From contig OZ024740.1 in assembly GCA_964016885.1 (NCBI GenBank), forward strand, positions 365,986,001-366,050,000: a stretch of DNA of 64,000 nt, written 5' to 3'. Position 1 is the first letter of the stretch, and the number at the start of each line of letters is the position of its first letter. The position numbers were made by a program, and so were the translations under genes. Source of the stretch: Eledone cirrhosa (taxonomy: Eukaryota). Positions 1 through 13,470 of the stretch are shown piece after piece. Under the pieces are notes generated by a model. That model saw only the letters and a list, made by a program, of their open reading frames with translations, was not told the origin of the DNA and searched no databases.

Positions 1-828
1 GACCCCCCCCCCCTACCACATTTTTAGAAATTTATATTTCTTTATAATTAGAAGATAAAAAATTCTAAATTAATATAATAGTTTTAGTTTAATGTATATT
101 AAAAAAAAAAGTTCTTTAACTGTTATGAAGATCATTAAAAACACCTGAGGGAGATAGAAATGAACAGGGAATAGTTGAAAGAGATCAACTAAGAACATTG
201 TTTAAGGATTTAGAGTAGAAGGGATGGCAGAGAGAGCAACAGAGACGGAGAGGAGAGGCAGAGTGAGAGAGAGAGAGAGCGAGTAAAATAAAACAAAACA
301 AGATTGAAACAAAAAGTATAATTAAGTCACAGCGAAAAACAGTTGGCATGCGTGTATGTGTGTGTGTATGTATGTGCAGGGGATATTTATGTATTAAAAA
401 GTTCAAATAATAAATATTTGTTGGGAATGTTCTCACTGCAATAAGTAAACCTCATAATGATGTAGTAATTGTAGAAAAACTGTTTCATTGTGAAATAATC
501 ACTCCAGATATATTAGCCCCTTATTTACGTAGAATTTGAAGGTGAAAATTGTCAAAATATTGACCCTATTTTACCATCGATTTTTTGGTCACATATTCCT
601 TGGCTTATATATATGGTACTTCTGTTCCCACTATTTCCTGAATGAATAGACATGTAACTCCTGGCAGAGTCTTAGGGGTGCTGTAGTGACACACAGCATT
701 TCTTGGGCATTTTTTCCCACCTTCACTCCTTTCTCTCAATTTGTATGGGCCCATAATCCTGATGGAGTTATATGCCATGTTTTGGGCAATTTAAACCTGG
801 CAGAACTCACCACTTCTCCAGGCCTGAA

Positions 829-929
829 CAGAGAGAGAGAGAGAGAGAAGGAGAGATAGAGGGAAGGAGAGAGAGAGAGAGAAGGAGAGATAGAGGGAAG
901 GAGAGGGAAGGAGAGGGAGAGAGAGAGAG
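829..929. repeat. Impure (GA)n polypurine tract
   Basis: Directly visible. Confidence 0.85.
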
Positions 930-1037
930 TATACGGTAAGTGAAAAAAACAAATGTCAATAATACAGAAATGAGTAGAGATGTGTAATAGTTTTTAAATA
1001 ATAAAATGGATAAAAAGGAGACAAAATTACAACTTAC

Positions 1038-1612
1038 CATATCTATCACTTCCAACAGCTGGTGATGGTGTCTGCCGAAATGTAGACATCTCTGGTAATG
1101 GGGGAGGTCCATTATGAATTATATCATCTTGAACTTGGTCCTTGAACAGGTCATCTGCAAAGGGATCAACTCTGACAGGTGGTAGACCTTGGTGCCGTTT
1201 GTCAGCATCATCAATGCCGTAAGGTAATCCTGGCTCCTGGTGTAATGGAGAGCCCCGATACATAGCGTCCAAACCATCATCAGGGTATCTACCGTTGTTG
1301 GCCATGAGTGGAGGTTTGTTGTATTTATCCAGTGGAGGTTCGTTGTTGTGTCGCAAGTCGTAAGGCGATTCACGGTAAGAGTTTGCATAACCAATAATCG
1401 GCTCTCCAACAGGAGAGTCACGATAGTGAGGGCTCACTACAGAATTGTGTACCGGGTTATCAAATGCATTGTTTTCATATGGAAGATGTCTCATGGCGGG
1501 ATCATTAGGGTAAGCATCTGGATAAGGGGGTAGATCTCCATATTGAATGTTTCCCCCTATCAATGGTGTATTGTTGTGATAATTAGCGCGGTCATTATAA
1601 TAGTCAGCATCC
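1038..1612 (-). CDS. Internal coding exon of host gene (DADYYNDRANY...PSPAVGSDRY), Tyr/Pro/Asp/Asn-rich
   Basis: tgttgcAG acceptor ending 1613; G|GTAAGT donor at 1038/1037; 575 nt open, phase 2 in (AG|G = Arg with the 34161 donor), phase 1 out. Confidence 0.88.
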
Positions 1613-2557
1613 CTGCAACAAATAAATGAGACATCCAATAAGAAATGTATTCAGTCTGTCTGCATATTTTCATTATTAATTGTTGATAATACTTGCTACA
1701 ATGGAGTGCCATGTCAATGGCTGATAAGTATTTCTAATAGTCTTTCACTGAATTTATAGATCCTAAATTGTAAATAGAGATACAAAATGATTTGTGCATT
1801 TGGTCTTTTCTCTTTAAGTTGGACAAGTGAAAGGAAAATTAGGGTAAATGCTGAAATACTATATACTATAACTAAGATGAAATTCATTTGAAAATTCTAA
1901 AATTAAAAATGAATTTCAGGAAACAACATTGAAATTGCCATTATTATTTTTTTTTTACAAATTAGGTATAACATAACAAAACAACAACAATAACAAATTC
2001 AGTTATTTGTCAGAAGGAGAAACCAATAACAACATCACAATGTTATATTTAGTACAAAAACTATAACACAATACAAACAAAACGCACACTGCACAACACA
2101 TAACCCTATACAATAACCACCCAATACAATAACACAACTTACATTCTACATGGTTGCAAATCATTAATGATATACAAGCTACATATCATATACAATACAC
2201 AGTCGCTGTCCGACACCAAAACACCTAACACAAACTACATGGCACATACAAAGCATAATCACAACTGAACAAAATAACACAACTTACATTACACATACTA
2301 TACACAACATAAGAAACACTAAAACAGTACCATAAATAACAAACCAAATCCTATAGCAAAACAGAAGTATTTCCCCCATGAACATAGAGGTGTACCTAGT
2401 GATGTAGTAGAAAGCTCACATGTAACTATCGTAAATATGATGATGATAATACCTAATGATAAAAATATAGAGGCATGGCAGAGTTGAAGCTTTCACATGC
2501 TTGACCTGCTAGAAATAGCAATCAAACCCATCTCAAATTACACCTTATGAAAAAGAG

Positions 2558-2690
2558 TTTGAGCTCAAATATTGCTGAGGTTAGCTTTGCCTTTCGTGCT
2601 TATAGGGTCAACAAAATAAAGTACTGGTGTCGATTTAATCAACTCACCCCAGCCCTCAAATTGCTGGCCTTGTGCCTAAATCAAAAAAAA
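2558..2690 (+). mobile_element. Meta-like SINE fragment
   Basis: gagctcaaat...tttgcctttc...aaaataaagtactgg...gctggccttgtgcctaaat shared with copies at 29.6, 33.8 and 40.3 kb. Confidence 0.65.
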
Positions 2691-4282
2691 CATTATGAAA
2701 AAGAGAAGCACACACATAATGTATACTCATAAGACAGAACAAGCCTGGCTATAACTTTCACCACAAGCCTGCAATTTCTATTCTTTAAAACTATATTTCT
2801 AGTATTTCAGCATAAGTGATGTTATGAGGCATTTAAACCAAATGCAGCTCCAGCTTTTATTTATAATTCTTTTACTTATGTTTTATTTAATTATATTTTA
2901 AACAAATGAAAAGAATACAAATTTTGAAAATTTAGTTATTTTGTATAAGCATCATGAAGTTAAAAAACAATAATAATCATTTTACCTATGACATTACCTG
3001 GTGTTACATTGACAAAAGCATATTCTTAAAAATGATAGGTGTATTGAGAATTATAAAAGAGATTCAGACTAATATAGAACACAAACAGAAAATAGCAATA
3101 CTAGGTACTGCAAACACTGTGGAAATCACTTTTAATACAATAACAGAACAAAATATGCAACTAAAACAAAACATTGAACATAACCAAAGTACATAGAGGT
3201 ATGCAATGAAAACATACAAAGATAAAACTACTGGAATAAGAAAATGTAAAGATATTTAACAGCAAAATATTCTCAACATCGAAGAAAAGAAAATCTATCA
3301 GTCAGAACTGTTGGACATCAATAATAAAGCAGCTTAGTCAGAGATAACATAGTGCCATATTATAGCTGAAATAATCTGATGTTAGTCACCTGTTTTGTAT
3401 CACCATGTCATACCAATCAAGAGGAAAATCTTGGTCTTATGTCTTGCAGATCACTAAACCATTCATCCTTCAACCACCAGATGTTTATGATCTAATAATC
3501 CTTATAATGTTAATATGTCTGGAAATCAAATTTTTTTTATTTACTTAGTGAGCTAGCTAGTTCTCTTTTTTTTCCATCCATCCATCCAGGAAAACTAACT
3601 GTCTGGAATGGCACGTGCATGTGTTCCGTGTCATTTTATAAGATGTAGCAATTTAAATAGAAAGCTTTTCTCCACCACATTTACTTTTATCTCATTCTAT
3701 GTTCAGGAGGCACAAAACATTTTAGGTTTCATCACCACCCTTCTTCAATATCAACATATAATAAAAAACAAACACAAAAGCAAAATGAGTTGTATTTACA
3801 CATACCTCATAAGCCACAGTGACTCATTCATACAGAATGATCAAACTAAAGATATTTCAAATATTGTCCCACATTAAACACATATGCATGCATACATACA
3901 CAGTCACAGACATGTATGTATATATATAGTCATACACATGCATGCATATACACACAGACATACATGCACAATCAGACATGTTTATATACATGCATATATA
4001 CATACACACACAGACATGTATGTATACACACATATTTACATATATACATATAGAAATAAAAAGAAACATGGATATATTTATGCTAGCAGGCAAAAAGATG
4101 ACAAGCTAATATTTGTTTATACATTATTATACATAGACTAATATACTAACTTCATTGTTTCACAAAATCGAAATTTCATTGACACAAAAATATATGAAAT
4201 ATAGAGAGAAATAAATAATAAAAAAAGCTATGAAAGAAGAGATAAAATGAAAGCAGCCATTAGACAGAAAATTTACATAATG

Positions 4283-4600
4283 AAGGAGAGAGGGAAGAGG
4301 GAGATTGAGAGATATAAAGAGAGAGAGAAGAGGGAGATAGAGGAGAGAAGAGTGAGAGATAGAGAGAAGAGTAAGAGATAGAGAAAAGAGAAAGAGAGAG
4401 AGGAGAGGTAGAGAAAAGAGAGAGAGGAGAGGTAGAGAAAAGAGAGAGAGGAGAGGTAGAGAAAAGAGAAAATAGAGAGAGGGCAGGAGAGAGAGGGGAG
4501 AGAAAAGGGGCAGAGAAAAGTGACAGAGAAGAGGCAGAGAAGAGGCAGAGAGAAGGAGAGAGAGAGAGAGAGGCGGAGAGAAAAGAGGGAGGGGGAATGG
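4283..4600. repeat. GA-rich polypurine tract with short 24-nt iterations
   Basis: gagagaggagaggtagagaaaaga repeated about three times within the tract. Confidence 0.85.
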
Positions 4601-5154
4601 TAGTGGAGGTGGTGAAAATATTTCATAATTTATAACTTGTCTGGTTTATAAATTGCTAAGATATAATGATAAATTACAGCAAGAAAATATTTGGTTGGAA
4701 CAAGTTCTTTCTCCTCATATTTGTATTGTCTCATATATTCAAGCAGGAAAAACTAGATTTACCTAATCCCAAACCCAACTGCAGTTAACCTTTGTTAACA
4801 TACCACCTGAAACTGCCTCTGATTCTATGGTACAAAACTGTTTATTTTAAATTGTTTATCATAATTATTTTATATCCATTATATTGATCTAAAAACCTAT
4901 CATAACTTTATGAAATAAGCTATTTTAAATTATGCTCCAAACACCAGCTTCATAATGAGAAAATACATTATATTACTAAATTCCATCAAATTCTTCATTA
5001 TTTTCATGGTTAAGATGTTGGAGTTTTGGCTGCTATTTCTAGCAGGCCACCAACAATGTAAAAGTTCATCTTTTTTAAATTTTTTTTTGAGAGAGAGAGA
5101 GAATTAAATCAAACACTATCATTTCCACTAATTCACCATGCTTGCTCTAATAAT

Positions 5155-5345
5155 GGTTTCTTATTTAGGCATCATAAAACCAACTATTTTGGGGGAGGAG
5201 AAAGTCAATTATATCCACTTCCCTATATTACCAGCACAGTGAGGTAAAGTTGATCTTGGTGCCATTTGAGCTCAGAATGTAAAGGGATGTAACTAAATGC
5301 TATAAAGCATTTTGTCCAAAGCTCAACCGGTTTAATCTCTCACCA
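5155..5345 (-). mobile_element. Degenerate Meta-like SINE
   Basis: Reverse of the family consensus (ttaggcatc...aaagttgatcttgg...tttgagctcagaatgtaaagggatgtaactaaatgc). Confidence 0.55.
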
Positions 5346-6300
5346 ATAATAACAACAATAATGAAGTCAAATACAGTAACTCAGAATATGTGGAAGTGGG
5401 GGAAGAAACAATTAACTAGACAGTCTCTGGCTACCCAGTCTTAGCCCAAAATAGAATATATCTGCAGACATGATAGAGTTGGAATTTATATACACTGGAA
5501 GTTATGCCAACACTATATGCCAACAGAAAAAAGATGGTACAGACATACACCAGAAAAGGTGTCAAAGAATGACAAAGCAACCATACAACCATACTCTGAG
5601 ATATGCCAATACACATATTCAAAGAGATCAAAGCCTACTGACCAGATATTATAGTCCCCACAGACAGCACTATATCTGTCAAGGAAATGGAGAAATTATC
5701 CAAATAGAAAGATCTGGAGATAAAAATAACCTTAATGTGAATGATGAAAACCAATAATTGCAGAAATAATAATAGGTGCTCTGGGAATGGTAAAAAGACA
5801 CCAACAGATACACAAGCAAAACTCCTAATATATACAGTATACAGAAAATAGCACAAGACAATACAGACATATTATGAAGAGTACTTTCAATACATTAGAA
5901 ACAACAACACTGCAATACCCAAGTCATACAGGGTTGTGCTTGGATATACACGAGTGACGTGTAATATAAATGGGATAATAACCGTTTCTACTTTTTTGGC
6001 ACAAGGCTAGAGAAGGGGAAAATCGATTAAATTGACCTCAGTGTATTACTGAGACTATGCTATCACTACTGGTTGCTTTTCGATATGATGGATGGACTAA
6101 GGAATTTCTGGAGAGTCTGAAGAATCTGGACACTCGATGACAATGCCAAAGATAACGACAAATTTACCTCATGCTGCCGGACGAAAGGGCAAGGCCCCCC
6201 CCTCTTTGTTTCGGCCGCGGATGGCCAACATAACCCCAAACTCATTCCCCTCACCGCGCCCCATCCGCCAAACACAATCCAAAACTTCAGAGTTGGTACC

Positions 6301-7660
6301 ATGAACGTAGGCACCTTAAAAGGCCGCTCTAACGAGGTTGTAGAATTGCTTGAACGTAAGGAGGTTGATGTTTGCTGTATCCAAGAGACTAGGTGGAGGG
6401 GCGGGTCTGCTAGATTCATTGTGGGTAAAAAAAGTAAGCTTTTCTGGGTGGGGAATGACAATGGGATAGGTGGGGTAGGAATCATGTTAGCAGAAAAATG
6501 GGTGGATAAGATAATAGATGTAAATAGAGTGAATGACAGAATAATTAAAATAAGACTTGTTCTAAACAGAACTACTGTGACAGTAATATCTGCATACGCG
6601 CCCCAATCCGGACTGCCTGGCGCTATAAAAGACAGATTCTATGAGACACTGATGCTCACTACCTCCCAAATAACCGACAGTGACTATATAATTATTGCTG
6701 GTGACCTAAATGGTCACGTTGGACAACATTGTGACGGCTATGACGGAATCCACGGAGGCTATGGGTTTGGTACTAGAAACGAGGAAGGCTCCAGAATCCT
6801 GGAATTCTGTGATGCAAACAACCTAACTATCTGTAACACTAACTTCAAAAAACGAGACAATCACTTGATCACCTACAGATCAGGAGAACATACCAGCCAG
6901 GTAGATTATATCCTTACCAGAAGACGTGACAGAGTGTCTGTTGTAAACACTAAATCCCTCCCCCATGAAGAATGCACCTCCCAACATAGACTGATAATTA
7001 GCGACCTCATAGTCAGGACAAGACGTACTAGACAGCAGAAGAGGACTATCCTCAGGAGAAAAATATGGAAGCTAAAGGATCCCACAGCCAGAAATAAATT
7101 TCAAAGCATATTACTTGATGCTTTCGACAGTAGGGAAGAGCAATTAGAGTCGTACAAGGTAGAAGAACAGTGGGAATTCCTGAAAGCAAACCTGCTGATG
7201 GGGGCAGACAAAGTCTGTGGCAGGAGCAGGCCTGTAGGCAGGAGGAGAGTAACATGGTGGTGGAACAGTAAGGTGGAAGGGTCAATCAAGGCCAAAAAGC
7301 AGGCTTGGAAAGCATGGCGGGATGGGGGAAGTAGAGAAGACTATCAAGTGGCCAGGAGGGAAGATAGGCGACAAGTGTACTTCGCAAGAAGGGAAGCAGA
7401 GGAAAGAAAGTTCAAGCATGTTCTACAACACGAGGACCAAAAACGGGAGGTGTTCAGGATTGCTGGGCAATGTGTCAAGGAAAACCGTGATATTGTCGGG
7501 GAGAAGTGTGTACTTAACGTTGATGGCGTACTTGCCATCACTAACGCTGATAAGAAGGTAGCTTGGAAGTGTCACTATGAAAGGCTACTAAATGAGGAGA
7601 ATAAATGGGAGAAAGACAGTCTCTTCCACATCGACCCAATAGAGGGACCAGCAGTAATAA
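6301..7660 (+). pseudogene. RTE ORF N-terminal part: APE/EEP endonuclease and linker; frameshift near 7657
   Basis: Motifs (RVGT)MNVGTL, CCIQET, SAYAPQ, GDLNGHVG, QVDYIL, SQHRL, TWWWN. Confidence 0.92.
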
Positions 7661-9317
7661 AGTCGAAGGTAGTATAATAAGTAAGGCAATCAAAGATATG
7701 AAGACGGGTAAGGCGGCTGGGCCTTCGGAAATAGTTGCTGAGATGCTGAAAGCCTCTGGTACGGTGGGACACACCATGGTCACCCGGATAGTAAACCAAG
7801 TTATACAGAATGGGGTTGTTCCGAAGGACTGGCGTAGCAGCATCATCGTTAACTGTTACAAGGGTAAAGGAGACGCCCTAATTAGGAGTAACTATAGAGG
7901 CATTAAATTAATCGACCAGGTCATGAAGGTCACGGAAAAAGTAATAGCGCAACTAATCAGAGAGAGAATTGATCTAGATGAAATGCAGTTCGGGTTTGTG
8001 TCAGGCAAAAGTACCACAGACGTTCTTTTCATTGTACGACAACTACAGGATAAGTACCTAGCTAAAAGTAAAACCCTATACTTAGCTTTTGTCGACTTGG
8101 AGAAAGCCTTCGACAGAGTCCCCCATTCCATTATCTGGTGGGCTCTTAGAAAACTAGGTGTTGACAAATGGCTTGTGAGAGCTATACAAGCCATGTATAA
8201 AGAAACAGTCAGCAAGGTTAGAATTAACAACGAATATAGTGAAGAGTTTAGCGTAAAAGTTGGTGTCCATCAGGGCTCTGTTCTTAGCCCCCTACTATTT
8301 ATTATTGCCCTTCAGGCTATAACAGAGGGGTTCAAGACCGGCTGCCCATGGGAACTCCTATACGCAGATGATCTAACGCTCATAGCTGAATCAATGGCCG
8401 AGCTAGAGAAGAAATTCCAAACATGGAAGCACGGCCTAGAATCAAAAGGCCTTAAAGTTAACCTGGCTAAGACTAAAGTTCTAGTTTGTAGGAAAGAAAA
8501 TAAGGCGCCAGTCCCTTCCGGGAAATGGCCATGCTCAGTGTGTAGGAAAGGCGTAGGTAGAAACTCCATTTTATGTCCCAAATGCAAAGTATGGGTGCAT
8601 AAAAGATGTAGTGGGATCACAGGTAAGCTAACTAAGAACACAGATTTTACATGTGGCCGGTGCTCTGGTGCAATAAGTAGCAGCAAGTGCCGACAAAATA
8701 CTAGCTCTTTCAATTGCGCAGAGGGTTCTATAGAAATAGTGGACAGCTTCCGTTACCTGGGTGACAAAATCAGCAGTGGGGGAGGGTGCTCTGAAAGTAC
8801 AGTAGCTAGAGTCAGAACTGGATGGAAAAAGTTCAGAGAGCTTATACCACTATTAGCCGCTAAAGGGTTCTCCCTAAAAATGAAAGGCAGGTTGTATGAT
8901 GCCTGCATACGAACAGCAATGTTGCATGGCAGTGAAACCTGGGCATTGTGTGCAGAGGATATACGCAGACTAGAGAGGAACGAAGCTTGCATGCTCCGCT
9001 GGATGTGTAATAGTAATATACGTGAACGGCAAAGCATAAACAAACTAAGGAAAAAATTAGAAATAAGAGGGATCAGATGTTGTTTACTCGAGAGAAGGCT
9101 ACGTTGGTATGGTCACGTGATGCGCATGAAAGACGACAGCTGTATAACAAAGTGCAGGGCAATAAAGATAGATGGTAGCCACGGAGTAGGCAGACCCAGA
9201 AAAACCTGGGACGAGCTGATAAATTCCGACCTCACACACTTACACCTCTCCAAGACAATGTCACTGGACCGAGACCTTTGGCGGTACTCAGTAACAGAGA
9301 AGACCCGCCTTACCTAA
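7661..9317 (+). pseudogene. RTE ORF C-terminal part: reverse transcriptase with inserted PHD-like finger
   Basis: [53 protein letters not shown]; collinear with copy 3, which lacks the frameshift. Confidence 0.93.
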
Positions 9318-9470
9318 ATACAAAGTAAAACCTACTACAGTCAGTAGGCATCTCTAACAAAATACCCCCCCCCCCCCCCACCCCGCCCCTTTCAATGCAA
9401 AGTTATGTTGGTGCCACAACATCCAGGCCGAAACAAATGAGATCGTGTAGGTGTCACAACAAAAAACACA

Positions 9471-9694
9471 CAGTCCACGCTGTAATGTGGCTGTGTAGGC
9501 AACACGGTAAAAACCTTCCAGTCCCACACTGTTAATGTGGTTGGTGTTAGGAAGGGCATCCAGCTGTAGAAAACACGCCAGACAGTCCACGCTGTAATGT
9601 GGCCGTGTAGGCAACACAGTAAAAACCTCCCAGCCCCACACTGTAAATGTGGTTGGTGTTAGGAAGGGCATCCAGCTGTAGAAAACCCGCCAGT
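9471..9694 (+). repeat. 112-bp tandem duplication in RTE-A 3' UTR
   Basis: Units start at 9471 and 9583 (cagtccacgctgtaatgtgg...). Confidence 0.9.
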
Positions 9695-10085
9695 CAGTCC
9701 TATGCGAGCAAGACAACCACTCTTACCTCAAGTGGGAAAACCCCCGTCCAAACCCATGCAAGCGTGGAACATGGACGTTAAACGATGATGATGATGATGA
9801 TGATGATTTCATCACCTACATAAGGATGACCATGTTGGAATTTGAACTCAGAATGTAAAGAGATGTAACTGAATGCTGCAAAGTATTTCGTCTAATGCTT
9901 TAACAATTCTACTAATCAACTGACCATGATTTTTAACATAGACAGAAAGCCAGAAACTCTGGAGTGTGAGTGTACTCAATTATATTAACCATAATATCAT
10001 ACTTGACAGGTTCTTATTTTATTGCTCCCTCTCCACCCACAGAAAGGCAAATGGCAAAGTCAACCTGGAAGGTTTTAAACTTTAA

Positions 10086-10293
10086 CCCTTTAGCATTTAA
10101 ACCAGTGATATCTAGTCAGAATTCTCTCACCTCTTTCCATTCAAACCAGCTGTAATCAGCCACTTATACTAATGTTAAAGCATTGTTCTCAAAATAAATA
10201 ATATCAAAATCTCATAGATATGATATTATGTGAGCTAAAGCCGTTACTGTGAAAATACAATAGTAAATATAGAGTAATGTAAATGCTAAAGAG
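10086..10293. mobile_element. piggyBac-type MITE
   Basis: TTAA|CCCTTTAGCATTTA ... TAAATGCTAAAGAG|TTAA; inverted sister copy at 17557-17760. Confidence 0.8.
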
Positions 10294-10699
10294 TTAAGTA
10301 GACACTGCAAGACAATAATTCCTCAACACTAAGAAGCAGCAGTTCTACAAAAATGACTATTAGGTTATGAATATGTTATTAGATGTCATAAAACAAAATT
10401 TAAATTCTCTTGTTGATCAACTACAGACATGAGTTTCCCAAATATCTTAGCCTGCTTTACGAGATTAAAGAACTAAGTTGTTGATTAAAGGTCATTTTAT
10501 TGGTTGATGTGCAGCAGTATATTTCAAGATAAAACTCACCACATACATGGATCAACAACTCAGAGAACATCCTCCTTGACCCCGAGGGATTATATAGCTG
10601 ACAGACAAATATATTCTGATCAGAAAATCAGAAGCCTTTGTGATGTCTTCTGAGAATATCATGAACAAAACTAATGATTAATTGCTAAGAATAGCCAAA

Positions 10700-10980
10700 A
10701 CTAAGAAACATTTTTATTAGGCATCACGAAAAAGAAAAACTAAAATATTTTGGACAGTTAATTAGAAACAAAAATGGTTTACAAAGACTTAACAGAAAGC
10801 AGAATGACTGGGAAAAGAGAAAAAAAGAAGCCAAGAATTCTGTGGTTGGATAATATCAAGAATAAGACAGGCATTAAATAGAGTGAACATATGAAGACAG
10901 TAGAAGAAAGATGGACGGCAATCCATGATATTCAATCTGCTTTCAGCAAGCAGATTGAATACCTGATCATCATGATGATA
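10700..10980 (+). mobile_element. Highly degenerate RTE-like 3' fragment
   Basis: Remnants of KKLKYFG, GKR..KPRILWLDNIK and a (gat)-like tail. Confidence 0.45.
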
Positions 10981-13064
10981 CAATATTTATGAACATTAGC
11001 TGTTGAACATTAACTATATCAATATGGACAACATGCAATTTTTTATTTTCATGATTTTACGTCCGCTTTCCATGTTGACACAAGTTGGACAGCTAAAAGA
11101 TAATTCTGAATGGGTGTTTAATATGGAGTTTTTATGAAACAATATATACATTTTCTCTGAGTAGCAAATATCACTGTCATTGTCTTGCTTATAAAGATTA
11201 TATATATTTTTAATCAACATATGTTGAAAGATCTGAGTTTTTGTGGTGGGCATTTGGAAGAACATTGAACGATAGAAGCAATGCCAAAAAAAAGAAAAGG
11301 AAAACATCCAGCTTAATTTATCTAGGAGGAGGGTAGCCCCGATTAAGTACTTACACATCCAACCCACATCAGCATAGAAAAGTAGATGTAAAAATTATGA
11401 TGAAAATTGATTATTATTCATACAACAGATTTTATCTTAAAATCTAATTCATTTTAATTCTTCATTCTAATAAAAAGCTACTCTAAGATGAAATACTGGT
11501 AAACTGTACAATCATATTTTCACTAAATTATTAAAACTAGCTGGCAAGTAATTTGAGGCAGTATTTATGAATTGTAACTTTTCATTTGGGTTCTTAAATG
11601 ATGATGGGTTTTAGATTTAAGTTTATGCCTAGAAAATTAACTATGTAAATCTATTAGAACTGAATTTTTTAGGTTTCAGTTGTTAAATAATTCAAAATCT
11701 TTTTGGAATTTATCCAACTGTTGAGCATTTAAATTATGTGTAATAATTAGTCCATCATTGCCTTAGTGTTGGTGCCATGATAAAATGAACTCAGTAGAGT
11801 ATGAGACTGTATGGCAGGCTCCCTGGTTCACCTGGAGGACAAAGGTTCTGCTTGAGAACTGACTGGTCTGTGACAAGTTCAACCCATACTAGGAGAGTAA
11901 ACAGACATTAAATGATGATGATCATTGTGTAATAAATGTAAAATATAAAGGCCAATAAGCTTGCAATTAATATTTTTCTTTACCAATAAAGCACGTAACG
12001 ATCTTAGATAGTTTTATCATGATATGCAAAACACTGATCTAAATATAACTTTTGGCAAAAATCAAGGTTCTTAGGAACAGAAATTTCATTATCGATGGAT
12101 AAAATTCAATGTTATAAAATTTAGTAAATTTATATAGATTCTTTTTTGCTAATTTATTGAACCAATTAATAACAGAAGCACTACGATACCATAATAAATT
12201 GGCTGTTGGATTCTAAATATAATACTTTTACTCACTAGACATAATGTATATGTGTGTGTGTGTATGCATATACTGAGTGTGTGTGTGTATACACACACAC
12301 AGAGTGACTTAAATATGTAGAAAAGAGATTCAACTGAAGTACACTGTGATCGATACCTTCAAAAATGTATGTATCTCTACAATATTTAGAAATTTATGAT
12401 GAAACAAATTTGGTGGACTGAATTATATTTATGTCCTATAGCTAGCCAACATATTTTAAATATTTAAATCAATTAGGTTCTGTTTCAGTTTAATGTAAGT
12501 TGAAGGGTAAAAAAAATGGTTTGGATGAGTTGTAAATTCTCTAAATGCTGGAGTAGTCAATATATGTTTTTAAATGTCTGATAAAGGAAAAACAATAAAG
12601 TCAATCTTCATACATTGCCAGTTGTTGAGTAATTGTGGTGTAGAGAAACAGGGATTTCTTCAATTGTAGTGGAATTAGATTGTAATAAGCCACTTAGATT
12701 ATTTTATTCAATATGATACTCTCAATTGTATATTTATCAAAAGTGTGTAAAAATAAGATTGGGTCAAGCCCAAGTAAAATTCAGAGATAGAGTCACCACT
12801 GATATATACATGCACACAAATGACGAGCTTCCACAGTTTCCGCTCTACTAAATTTAGTCAAAGCGCTATAGTAGAAGACACTTGTCCAAGATGCCACTCA
12901 GTGGATCGAATCTCAGTCATTTTTTTTCAAGTTTGGGGCCTATTTTATTGATTTCTTTTTTGTCAGACTGCTAAATTATGGAAAATAAACACACACAAAC
13001 ATCAATAGAAATGCAGACATGTGCACATACACAAACACACACATATGTATACATATAGGTAAAT

Positions 13065-13185
13065 ATACGGTGGTCTTCTGAGGTTTCCACCAACCAAATT
13101 CCACCCACAAGGCATTAGGAACTGAATCCAGAACCAATTGATTACAAAGCACACTCCTTAACCACTCAGCCATGTCTGTGCCTAT
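13065..13185 (-). mobile_element. Degenerate tRNA-derived SINE fragment
   Basis: Minus strand ggcacagacatggctgagtggttaaggag (A box) and gattcagttcc (B-box-like). Confidence 0.5.
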
Positions 13186-13288
13186 GCACAAATTTATGAA
13201 CTTTAGTTGGTGCTATCAATTCAAACAACACCACTAGAGCTTATTTTACCATGCTAAAACAAGCGATGGCAACAGGTGGGCCAATAAT

Positions 13289-13470
13289 TGTTTCTACTTT
13301 AGGCACAAGGCCAGCAATTACCCAGTACATTACTGGTACTTTATTTTATCAACCCCGTAAAGATGAAAGGCAAAGTTAACCTAGACGAGATTTGAACTCA
13401 GACTGTAAAGGGACCTAACTATGCTAGAAAGCATCGCATCCAACCCTCTACCGATACTGCCAATTCACGC
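13289..13470 (-). mobile_element. Meta-like tRNA SINE
   Basis: Minus strand gagttcaaatc B box, ctttgcctttcatc...gttgataaaataaagtaccagt body, gctggccttgtgcctaaagtagaaa end. Confidence 0.7.

Larger units (their letters stand above)
6059..9807 (+). mobile_element. Near full-length RTE-clade LINE, family A copy 1
   Basis: APE endonuclease plus RT, about 490-bp 3' UTR, terminal stem-loop and (GAT)8 tail at 9784-9807; boundaries defined by the interrupted SINE. Confidence 0.95.
5982..9920 (-). mobile_element. Meta-like SINE split by the RTE insertion (halves 5982-6058 and 9808-9920)
   Basis: ttactgagactat | ttcatcacctacataaggatga rejoins collinearly with the intact copy at 13289-13470. Confidence 0.65.
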
